The notes beneath the pieces were generated by a model. That model searched no databases and was not told the DNA's origin. It was given only the letters and a program-made list of their open reading frames with translations. From Phoronis australis (Eukaryota > Animalia > Phoronida), in NCBI GenBank assembly GCA_002633005.1, contig NMRA01000080.1, positions 773,291 through 837,290 on the forward strand: DNA of 64,000 nt. Direction: 5' to 3'. A program made the position numbers and the translations under genes. Positions 39,701 through 51,700 of the stretch are shown piece after piece. The number at the start of each line of letters is the position of its first letter. Within the stretch, counting starts at the first letter, position 1.

Positions 39701-42700
39701 CCGATGTCTGAAACGAACAGTGATGAAAATTTACCTCCTCTCTTGGAACACAGAGAATCAACTAAAAAGGAAAGTGTTTTCACATCTTTTTCTGCTGGAG
39801 TCAACTTTCATGATCTAGGTATTGTTGCCATGGTGAGAATCTCGTACTGTTGCTGTAACAACAACAACTTGGCATCATTAATATTACGAAGAGCTTTCCC
39901 AACATTCTCTGGGTCAATCACGCAATTCGTCAAAAACATTTCTCAGTTATCTTAAATTCTCGTTCATTTTGCATTGCGATTCGTTCTAGACACAGGTGTC
40001 TTCTCAAACCAGGCTGTCATAATAATGTCAATCAAGCACACAAGGTGTTATTAACCAGGTTACTTAATGTCCCACTGGTACCTGAAATTAATTAAACTGC
40101 GTCGTTTGATCCTGTGTAAATTTGATTAAGCACATTTTATTAATTTTAGAGGTGTTAAGATGCCTAACTGGGGAGTCCCCGAATTAAAATAGATAAGTAA
40201 AGATTGTTGTTTTTAGGGCTCTGGGATTTGCCGAGAATCACTTACCAGACATTGTGTGTTTTTTATGAGGCTTGCAAATTGCATGATGCAGCTAAAATTA
40301 ACTGAACATAGATTTCTGATTACTGTCGCCTTGTACTACAAGATTATAGAACAGGATTTGATGAAATTTACGATTCTAAGCCGATCTCGTAGTGTCGCAT
40401 GGTCTGTTTCAGCATCGATGAGGAGTCTCCTCCACACATGGGAGACAGGGGCGACATTTACTCTCGGGGAAACAGCTTTGAAGATGATTTGAATCTGGGC
40501 GATGAAGGTAAATAAATATGGCTGGCCTCGTACAGTTGATATCCAGCTGCTGTCATTTTGTTGACAGAATGAATTCTCCTTTTTGTAAAAAGTATTGTTG
40601 CCATTTGTTTTCTTAATTGTTTGTGAAGTAAACAAAAGTGACGAGGGATGGCAGTTATTGTGATGGTGATGGTGGTGGTGATGGCGGCAGTAGTGATGGC
40701 GATGGTGATGATGGCGGCGATGGTGACGGTTATGATGACGGCGATGATGATGGCGACTGTAGTAATGATAATAAAAATGTTGGCTATAGTCTGATATAAC
40801 GCACCCACATTTTGAGAACCCTCTGATGCTCGCTATTTAGTGGAGAAAGTTGGTTCTCAAAATGCGGGCACATTATATCAGACTATCAAAATGTTTGATA
40901 GTAATGGCGATAAGATAATGATATTAATGTACACTGACGAGTACTGCTGCAAACAACATCTGTTGCTACAGCTTTGGGATGAGTTCAATAAGGCCACACA
41001 ATTATGAATAAGGGACTACTCGGTTCACTTGTATTGCAGTATCTTGTAAAGACCTGCATGATCTTGCCAAACTGGCATGATACTTTATCTTCTTAAATGC
41101 ACAGACCCAGAAATCGCTTTCGCATTATATCCATGTTCTCATTCACGCCCTTGCACACATTCTCAGAGGAATAGGAGACACCTTTGTGCAATGCTCGAAT
41201 GTCAGCCAGTGAAGCCAGGATTTGAACCCGGGTCTCCCAAGCGGGAGTTGGGAGCTTTAACCACTGAGCCACACTGTCTTTGGCCTTTTTGAAAACATTC
41301 ATGGTCTTGAGTACATACACGTTTATCATTTTATAATATTTGTTATCCAGGCCTGATACTCACTTTCGCTTAGAATTTCTGTCTGTAGTATGAAATGTCC
41401 GTCTTTTATTTTCTGGTGATTGATGAGGCGAATGATATGTAAATGCTAAGAAGAAGTTGTGAGTTTGGAATCAATAGAGTTACGTCAGATTTCAATTGAC
41501 ATCTGACTGAGGTCTTTTATTCGGAAATTCATTTCCTGCTTGCAACACTTAATTGCCTTGAGTAGGACACTTGATCGAAGACAACTAATGTTCATCAATG
41601 TCATATTAGTTTCATTCTGCCAGGCTTTGGACTCCTGTTTTCCGTGCCTTTTGTTCCTCTGTTTGCTAAAATGGGCGTTTAACTCACAAGTGTTGACGAT
41701 GAAAGGTGTGTTATGAAATTGAGCTTTATCGAAGTTGGTTGGCATTTTTGCCATTCATTTCATTCTAAACATAGTCTTTCTTATTGTATGTGAACTCCTT
41801 TTCTTCAGATTCTCTCTACCTGGCATTCAAAGCAATGTGCTGAAACCAAAGTCTTGTTTTGTTTAAGCCTTATAAAACAAAGTATGCCATTGTCACCTTA
41901 AGCAACAGTAAATCATACGTTCCAGGCATTGGGGGTGAAAGGTATGACTAACTGATGTTGTATTTCATTATAACTATGATTATTATTAAAGGGGCATACT
42001 CACTTAATGAGGCTAGTGTCTTACTCGTTTGGCGAGCGGTTGTCATGTATTTCAAGCAGACGACGTGATCTTGCAAACTTTCACTCGTAAGTGATTAGGA
42101 TCATTGAACGAGCCCTAACAATGAAGAGGACTCTCGAGCAATTTGGATTTTCATGAGACTAGAGGTAATTAGCCGCTGTCGTGACCATCGGTAAAATTGA
42201 TCATTTATCTGGTTGTTACTAATGATGATTGTTGTGTTCGTCTTGCAGCCCCAGTTTTGCCTGGTCGCTCAGGTAGAGACACCATGGTCCAATGCAGGTA
42301 ATTTAACAAATGAATTTTAAATCGATTATTTTATTGTAAGAGTGATTTTGGATAATTTTTTTCTATAGAACAATGCTCATACAACCTTGCTTCAGTTTTA
42401 TGAATGAAATTTGTATAGAATTTTAAAGGTTAATTCTTGACTTTCTGGCTAGACTGTGTTTAAGTTTTGACAAGTAAATGTGAAACTAGAAAAAAGTCCA
42501 AATTTTGTTGACTTCAGGACATCGTGTCTTGGAGATCGCTGATCTGATTCCAATGAAACTTTCAGATATTTGGTACTTCATTCACTGCTCTCAAATGGCG
42601 TTGAGAATTGTTTTCAATTGTTCCATATTTCCTAAAATGATTTTTAGGAGAAAAATAATTCTCATAAAACAAAAGGATAATTTTGTAAACCGTAGCAAAG

Positions 42701-45700
42701 TTACAGCGTCTTTGAGAACTCATTTTGAACATTATTTTATGTCAAAAGAAATTTTGGTGGTGTTATTGATACCGTTGTCGTGCTATGAATGTGCCTTTCT
42801 TTTTGGTAAATTTTAATGAAAACATTTGCTCATGTGAAACAACAGATTAAAACTTAAAAACCAAATTCTAAAGGCTTTCTACTTTAAGAAAATATATAAG
42901 TTTAGTACATAGTTGAATTCTTGTAAATATTAGGCGATAGTTATTTATAGGGGTCCCAGATTTTGAGAACCAGTTTCCCCGATTCCTGCTATTCAGTGGA
43001 GAATACTAATTCTTAAAAACGGGGACCCCTTTAAGTGATTGTTAACGTGTTGCATTATTTTATATAAAGAAATTTAGTGAATGTTCTGAATTAAGCAAAA
43101 CGTTAGGAAAGAGTATCTTTAACAAAGTAATGCAGGGCTTGGAATTTCCTCTTTTTAGAAGATTTCCTCTTTTTTGACGTCCAGTTCCCTCCTTTTTCGT
43201 CTCTTTTCTATCATTATTTTGACTTCATTCGTGCAAAAATGTTTATTTCAGTACAATTTTGCAACACAAAAAATATCTCTATCACACAGGCCTATTCAGT
43301 TGCAGAACAACACGTCGCTTGGAAATTTTCCCTCTTTTTTGTCATTGGTCATTCCAAGCCCTGGTAATGTTTAATATGTTCACCTGGTCTTCTCACTATC
43401 TTCATCGTGTTTGTAATTAAAGTAAATTGTGACGATTTGGTAAAAGTGACACCCTATGTCTTCACTTACCCATTGCGAGTCATTGTGATTGTATTTCTTT
43501 TTTTAGCGACACCCCTAATGGTGAAGCCAAACAAAGACGGCGAGCCTATCAGATGGCGAACTTCTTCAGCATAACATCAGAAGAGTCCGCCAACTCAAGG
43601 TATGTTGTCTACACAGTAAAGTATGGAGAAACCAACTTCCTGCCTTTTCTCAGAAATATTGACGCATTCAAGGGGCGTCATTATGTACAAAAACTCATCT
43701 TCAGTCTCAAAGCTAGGATGCCATTGGAAGCATAAGGGCACAGTTGGTGTGGAAATGTTTTAGCACTGTTGAACTTTGGCATTGTTGAATTTTTATCGTT
43801 TGGGGTCCGGCTGTTGACAGTAAAGGCTGTCTTGACTAACATTCTATTTTTGCCCACTCCCTGGCAACCACACTGTTGCATTGGTTGCAGAATTGCAGAT
43901 AGCCATGGAGTTTAACAGTAAAATGTCGCTAATTTTGGTCAAATATGAGAGTTGTTTTTGTGTCCGTTTCCTGGCATCCTCGTTGCTATCGTCCAAACTG
44001 CTCAAAGGATAATGATGAAAATTTGCAGATGTGTTCCTAATGTGACAACCATGCTGATGTTGATTTTTTGACGGATCTGACTGCTGTGTCGCTCCCTAGT
44101 GATGATTTTATTTTTTGCGATCAAATCTCCTTAACCCCTTGAAGGACCTTCGTGAACTAACTAGGCAAATGTGTTCCAATGGAGCTGATGACAGATGATA
44201 ATGAGTTTTGGACCGATTTGTATGCCACTGCACCCCCTAGTGGATTTTTTTTGTATTTACCTCTGTATCTTCAGAGTTCAAAGACTTCAGGGCCTGTTTC
44301 TGGATAAGGCTATTGGCTTTTTCTATTGACTTTAACCAAAAGTCGGAAATCTTTCTATGACTTTCTCTATACGTTTCTCGAAACGTTTTGTCTCCTGTCT
44401 CATTGAGCAGACTACGGATTTTTGTATTTTGAGTTGAAGACAGATTATTTAACCTTCAGCCTTAGCTTGTTTTCTTAAGACAGGCTAAGCCATCCGTAGA
44501 TCGATTTTCAGCTGAGAGTTAAAAGACATAGCAATCATACTGTCTAGTTTGCAACTGGGTTATTCATTATAATCGTTTGCCACTGAAACTATTTCTGCTA
44601 TCAGTGATGTGACTAACAGGCCTTCTACAATTAATTGAATACGTAACTATGATTAATTTTCTCAAGAAGTTCCTGTTACATAATCTCCAGCCGGGCACTG
44701 CCCTTGGGTTCTGAAAAAAGCACAATCCCGATTTTCAATTTGTGGAGTTCGACTATGTCACAGAGAGGTTACTGGGTTATGGGAATCTGTAGCTTGTGAT
44801 GGTTTGCCTCTTGGGCTTTATCCGATTTGTCGTGAGGCATTGATAAAAAAGAATATTCAGTTTGAAACGAGCAATTGAAATTCATGCTCATGTTTTTCAA
44901 AATAAAAGTGGCGATGGTGATGATGACCTCTTGCCTTTGTCATGTTTATGAAGTTGTATTCATATTAAATCTGGTCTTCTGGACACTGCTTACAAAATTA
45001 AAATCATAGAATCTCGGAGGCATCACGCCTCTTTCAAAGGGAAGATAGTAATGAAGGTTGGTGGGAACCACCATCTCTTGCCTTTTCGTGAGATCTCATC
45101 TGGTTTGTGTGAGGTTGCTAACCAGACGAGATCTCGTGGGAAGGCAAGAGATGACGGTTCCCGCTAATCTTAAGTATCATCTTCTCCTTGAAGGAGGCGT
45201 AATGCCTCCGAGGTGCTAGGAATTCAATTTTGTAAGTAGTGTCCAGCAGACCAGATTTAATTTGAACTTTCTTTGGTGGATCTGCAACTACATTTTATTG
45301 TGTTTTTGAAATTGTGGGAAACTAAACCCAAACATTTGTAACTGGTCGGTGCACTTACCTCTTGACATTTCAAATGTTTTTATACTATGTTTACATTTTT
45401 CTCTGTTCTGTATGCAAGGCTTTTTATCAGATATCACAAGTTTCCTTTCTATGTAATGAAAAGTGTGGCAATTTATTTTCATCTACTTGCTCGTGTTTTT
45501 CAGTCTTGATACAGTTATCCCTTATTGGTAATAAGTTGTTATTTCTAATTTTTGGAATGTGAAATGAAACTTATGTACCTTTCAGTTTGGGTTCCCATTT
45601 TCTGATTTTATTTAAGGGTCACAAACCAGCGTATTCTGTGGAAATCACTTTCGATTTTGGCCGCTTATTGTTATAAATTCGTTTTCATTTTTTTTATTCA

Positions 45701-48700
45701 GTTTAGAATCGATGTCTGGGCTTGGGAAAGTTTGAGCGGTCGTTATTGATTATTGGTTGTTTTTCGTTATTGGTTCAGACCAGGGGCTGGAATCTAATGT
45801 TGTTACTCAAAATTGAACTGGAAATTATTTTGTGACATTTCTTTTCTACTTTGATGTGTGCTCGAGTGTTTACATGGTTGACTGATGATGATTCCAGCAT
45901 TAAAGCTATGAATTCGAGTTTGAAATCGAAATTTTGAGCTTGAACTTGAAGTCTCGACGAGTTCTTGCAGGAGTTTGTTGCTTGAATCTAGGGAACTTCA
46001 AGTGCAAATTTGTACTCCTCAGTGGTTTGCATAATCCATAAGGTAACGAAGCACAGAATAATAAATAATTATCTCAAGTTCATATTTAAGAAAAACGTTA
46101 ATGCCAAATTTATTTTCGAGCTCGATTTCGAGTAAAAAGATTAGATCCCAAGTTGCTTGTCATGGCGGTTTAGTTTTGTTTCCATCTCCATGGCAACATG
46201 GCTGTCTGGGTAATTCCAGGGGATTTTTGGTGACTAAGTTCAATTCAAAGACAGGTTGTGAACATGGTCTCGTTGCTTTACAAGAACAAATACGCCCTGA
46301 TGCTCTCAAAACCAAAACTTTTGCTTACACTGGCTTTAATTCGATTTTTACTTGTTCGCAACTTCATCAAAAGTTTGCACCCTTTGTTTCCTTTAACCTG
46401 TTGCCAAATCACCCTGCCTTACTATTTACGGAAATCATGACAATGTTTCAAGTTTTCAGCAGATCTTCATTTTTGCAACTTGTAAAAGTTTCAAACTTCA
46501 TTTCTCACATTTGGGGCTTCAACACACACTTTACAACAAATAGAACTTCTAATATAGGATGTCGTCATGATTTGCAATATTTTTCATCGTGACCTGGTAA
46601 TGATTGAATATCCCAAAGTCTAACTATGGAAGTGATAAACGTTCTAATTGATTGCATTTTCTTCATATTTTATGTTTCATATTCTGACTTTCAGCATTCC
46701 ATCCAGTAACTGCACAAGTGTGGAACAAATTCTGCAAGAGAGAAAGCCAAATGCTGAAGAAATCCTCGAGTCGCTTGGCTTCGGAGCCTGGGCTGATGAG
46801 AGCTGGACGTCTAAAATACCTCTACGGTTCTTGACATATCCGACACGTGCCCGCGGCATTAATGTAGAGAAAATTATCGAGGACAACGACGACCTAAAAG
46901 ACAAAGTGAACAGAGAGAAGACAGGCTTCGGCACATGTAAGTAGGAATGCTGGCTTCATTTGGCGGTACTTTTACCATCTGCTTAATGACAATCAGTTTT
47001 GCAAATTGCTGTTTTATGGATACTTAAGTGGTAAAAGCTATTTTGGTGCTTTATTGTTCTTTGATAAAGCCAAATGTTGTATCGAGTACTTTGAGATTGA
47101 GTCACTGTTTTTTGGTAGTCCATATACAGTAGACATGCCATCTTTAATGTAGCATCTGAAGTGACCTGTATTTAATGACGAAGTCGACCTTATGGGCTAA
47201 ATAAAGCTTAGTTCGTTCTAGTCTATTCTTGGGTACGGTGGTTTTTAATTGCTCACTTTTTCAAAACTGAAAATTCATCTGAGACGAGCAAAAACGATGC
47301 AGCATTTTTTCCTCATCACTTAGCAAATCGTGGCATTTCAAACCTTGCTTTCCGTTGCTCGCGTGCCTTTGACAGCTGGTCAAAAAATAAACATGGCACC
47401 TCGGCTGACAATGATGCGGGCCTGGTTTATTCTTTTAGTTAATGATCACAGGTGTCTGAAAATGAGCCGGGTAAAGACCTGAACCAACTTTACCTGTCGG
47501 CCTAATAGCCCCATCCTGGATTGAACTCTCGTCTCTTGTGGAGATATAAAAATGCTTGAGTTAGCTACTTTTCAAAATATCAGTTACTCCTGAGTTGATA
47601 CCACAGGGGAAGCACAGCCAGCAGTGATATTTGGCCTTTTTGATAATTCTTAGTGACTGTGTTAGCATTGTAACTCAAGATCCAATGAATATGAATTTGC
47701 CTGCATTCCTATGTTGAAATACGTAATAAATTGGATACGAGACAATGACTAGTACATTTGCTTGTGAAGAAGTAGGAAAGTGCTCGTGTGTTGCATTGTG
47801 GGTAAATACCTTAGAATGAGAGTGGTGCTGTGCTATTGTAGGACTGGCCTATATGTTGATAACGCAATCTGGTGACTATAATGCAATTAAAAACTGTAGT
47901 AGTCACTTGTTTACCCTTAGTACTGCATTTGTTCTCAGTTTCTGGGAGGTTGTCGTTTTTCATTTCTCACCCAGTTTACCACACCATCTTTATAGATCAT
48001 TTCTACTCCTACTGTTGACTGGTTATTAGTTGTGGTAAGTGACCCTTTTGGCGGCATCATGAACTAGTTGACGCTTCTTAGAGTGAGTCTCGTGTGTTTG
48101 ATGAACTAATTCACTTCATTCTGTTTTGCGCTTGGTGGTGATTACGAACTGTCGATTTGTTATGAGATACATGTAGAATGTTAGTTTTGAAAGTTCAGTT
48201 TTCGTCTCATTTTGCATGATTTTGTGGAATCCACAAAATTGCCAACAGCTGCAGCAGCTGCCGAAACAGTTATTTCTAAAATAAAAATTATGTGAAATTC
48301 TATTTGTAACAAGTGGCATGTAATTATCTAAACTGTTGGCTCTGTAACACCACTATTAATATATTGCTTGGCTTGATTTTCACCAGTGATGCAGTTTGAG
48401 AACCCAGCGATTGTACCAAAGGGTCAAGCGTGTTTCGTCATTCGTTTCGACTCACCTGGATTTCTAGCATACTCTTTTACTAATGCAGTGAAAAACACGT
48501 TTATGTTTGCATTGTATTGGTTGTGTTATAGAGACATAACTGAACGTATTAATTACACCTAACCAAAAGACTGCATTACACAATTCGTCGTATTGTCCTG
48601 GCTGCCAAGCAGTTACCACATCTCCTCCCTCATACATTGTAGCGTACTAGCACCCTTGAATATTGACGCTGTGGCAGCCATTTTAAGCACCAAGAATGTA

Positions 48701-51700
48701 AGTTTGGTTATGTCTGTGGACTGCGGTACAGCTTATTCCGAGTAGTCTGTTTGGTTTGGAGGTTTGGGCCGTCGATGTCTATTCCTTAACGTGATCGCAT
48801 CTTACCCTAACCTTACACCTTGTGTCCAGATTGGTAGGGGGCATTGTAGTCTGTGCCCTTCCTAACCCGCGCACAGTGTGGTCCCCTCAGGGGTCGAGTT
48901 AGGTTGATGGCAACTGTAGCTTAGTGCAAACTGTGTCTTTGAATAGTTTTGAGATCTATGCAAGTTTGATAACGGTGTTGTTAGCAAAAAAGTTTGAAAA
49001 CAGTAAGAGCATTGCTGTTTTCATTGCAAGGAAACTACTTGGAGATACACCCAATCATCACCTTCAGGTACAGTACAAAGACTGCCATCGTGATGAAATA
49101 CAATTTCCAAGGAACAATTTTCCGATTTCCATAGAACAATATTACAAACTCCTATTAAAATTTTCATTGTATCAGAGAATGGAGGCGTTGTGCCTTGGTG
49201 ATTTTCTCTGACAAAACTTGCTTGCCTAAAATGCTGCAACATTTTATTACGTTTTAAGGATTCCATGACAAAATGTGGTCCAAGTAGTCCCTGTTAGTGT
49301 TTTGTTGAGTTTACAGTTATTTTGAGCTGCATCATTTTGATGGTTCTTTTTCTTGAATTGTAAAGTTACGGATACCAAGAAAGGCCCTTCTGTTTATCTT
49401 ATCATCTGAATGTATTGAGACCAGAGAGCATTTCATCACTAAGATGTGAACATCTGTGGTTACCCCTCTGCATACATTTCTACATATATTATCCTTTTTT
49501 CACCAATGTCACCTGGTGAATGCCACATTTCTGTTCTTTAGATGATGGATGTAGACTAATGGAATGTCGCTCTTGTTATCTTCAAGTTTTTGTGACTTGG
49601 TGTCCAAGAAATTTTGGATTATTTCCGATGGAGGCAACTTAACACGTAGAAAAAATGTGATTCTTGTGATATTTCTTTCTACGAACAAATTTGCCAAAAT
49701 TGTCAATCTTCAGCATGTGTCTGCTTTGAATTCTGCCATTTGAAAAGCAGAAAAAGGAAGTTTCATATTGTTTATTTTCTTAGAAATTTTACAAAATATA
49801 TTCCTGTTTTCTTTAATGCGTAGGTTTTTTTGGCAAAATTTCTTGAAACCCCATGATCTGTTTTGATCTGGCACTTGTAATTTATTCAAATAATAATTTG
49901 AACTTTACATCGAAGCTTGTGTCTTGTGGGACGGTCCCAGCAGACTGCATGCATCAGCCACGGGGCTGGACGTAATTTGGAATGTATTACAACCCCTGCA
50001 CGTGCACCATTTCATCATTGTATTTGTGTTCGTTCACAACGGACTTGTGTTAACCTGTCTATTTTTACTTTACTTACTACTTATTGTTCGAAAGTACAAC
50101 GGATCATGCAACATGCACTCCATCTATTGTTTGGGCAAGGTACTAGCATTTTTCCTATCATACCATTTTGCTTTTGACTCGTAGATATGGCAGCTTACGA
50201 GGTCACCATATTGGCAATTCTGAATTCCTTAAATCACTTACGGTATAATCTAACCCCTTGATTGAAAAGAAGTTGAGACCAATTTTGCAGTGGTTTGTTG
50301 TCCATTTTAAAAATTGTTGTCCTTGAAATTGTCAAGAGTGAAATTAATGTTTTTTGGCTTTAAATTATGGAGGACCCTAGAAAAATGTTTATTTTTGGGC
50401 CAACTTTGGAACACGGTATCTCAGAAGTGGCTGAACGGATTCAAATGAAACTGAGATGTTACGGTGCTTTTTGCATTGTTCAAAACACTGATAGGAATTG
50501 ATTTTAAAATGTTCTTTTTTGCATGAGATGCTATCAAGAAGTGGGACTTATGTGCTTTTGTGAATAATTTTTAAAGTTGGATAAAATCTAGAAAACTGTG
50601 ATAGCGTTTTTGAGATGTTTTCTTGAACATTTTTATCGCGCGAAGGTTGGTCATGTTATTGATCCTGTTGTTTTCCTATGAATGTACTTTTATTTTTTGC
50701 TTCATTTTTCGAAAAAAAAACATGGTCATGTGAGTTCATTAACAACAGATTGGTATAAACCCAACAATCAAATTCTCCTGAATTTCTACTTTCATAATAT
50801 ATACACTTTTGCTGAGTTAATAGTTTATTGTCTACATAGTTGGTGAAACATACAGTCTTTTTGGGGATTTTTTATTGCTACACAAATAAACGACAATGCA
50901 TTAAATTAAAAAATAAATTGTAGCCCCTAAAGCGAACCATTATATCCATTTTTTTCTGTAAACCGTTGTGTTTCTTAAGTGAAACATAACATTGAGCAAA
51001 AACACGAAAAGTAAAGAAAACAAAAACTAGAAGGCCCTACTTATCTTTATGTAGGAACATAGTGTCCGTCGCACGCCTATTTTTAAAATACACCATAAAT
51101 GCACTTTGGATGTTGAATTACAGCTAAAAAAACCAAACCGGTTATTTTTGGTCTTATCTCCACCGTGGTTAGCCCAACTCAACTATGTTATCTTGCCTCC
51201 GTGACAACTAGGTCTTTGTTGACAAACTGTCACAACCCACGTCATTTATATTACCTGCAAGCCTGTGCTTCTTGAATTTTGTACCTTGATTGTTTTTTTA
51301 TGAACACAAAATAGTCTGCGTGTTGTGTTTCATGTTTTCGGTCTTTCTCACATACTATCTAGTTGGTTTTTAAAATCAGCACTTTTTAATGACAGAAAAG
51401 TTGTATTTAAGCTGAAAAGTTGAACACCCCAGAGGTCAGTTTTAATTTCAAGGCTGGTTGTAATGAATTTTTTGTTAGATCATGCGTTAAGGGTTGGGTT
51501 TACCCAGTGTCGATAAGTAATTAGAATTTTATCGGTCAATCCTGCTATAGGCTAGTTGAATGTGAACTGTCAAGTGGGCTGGCAACAATATTGATAGAAA
51601 CATGATCGGCTTGTTGGAGTTCTCACAATGTTCTGATATTGTGAATATTGCCTGAATGAAAAGGACTTGATTTGGCTTTTTACTACTATGAGCCATGTTG

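Noticed and set aside
40217-40253. Possible extra exon after tttttag (ALGFAENHLPDI)
   Set aside because: The donor is weak, the phase does not fit the next exon, and the model joins cleanly without it.
41205-41280. Functional tRNA gene
   Set aside because: A and B boxes are present but the acceptor stem does not pair cleanly, and a SINE-like body and tail follow.
46101-46592. 163-aa + strand ORF
   Set aside because: It is intronic, with no recognisable domain and no phase-compatible splice sites that I could identify.
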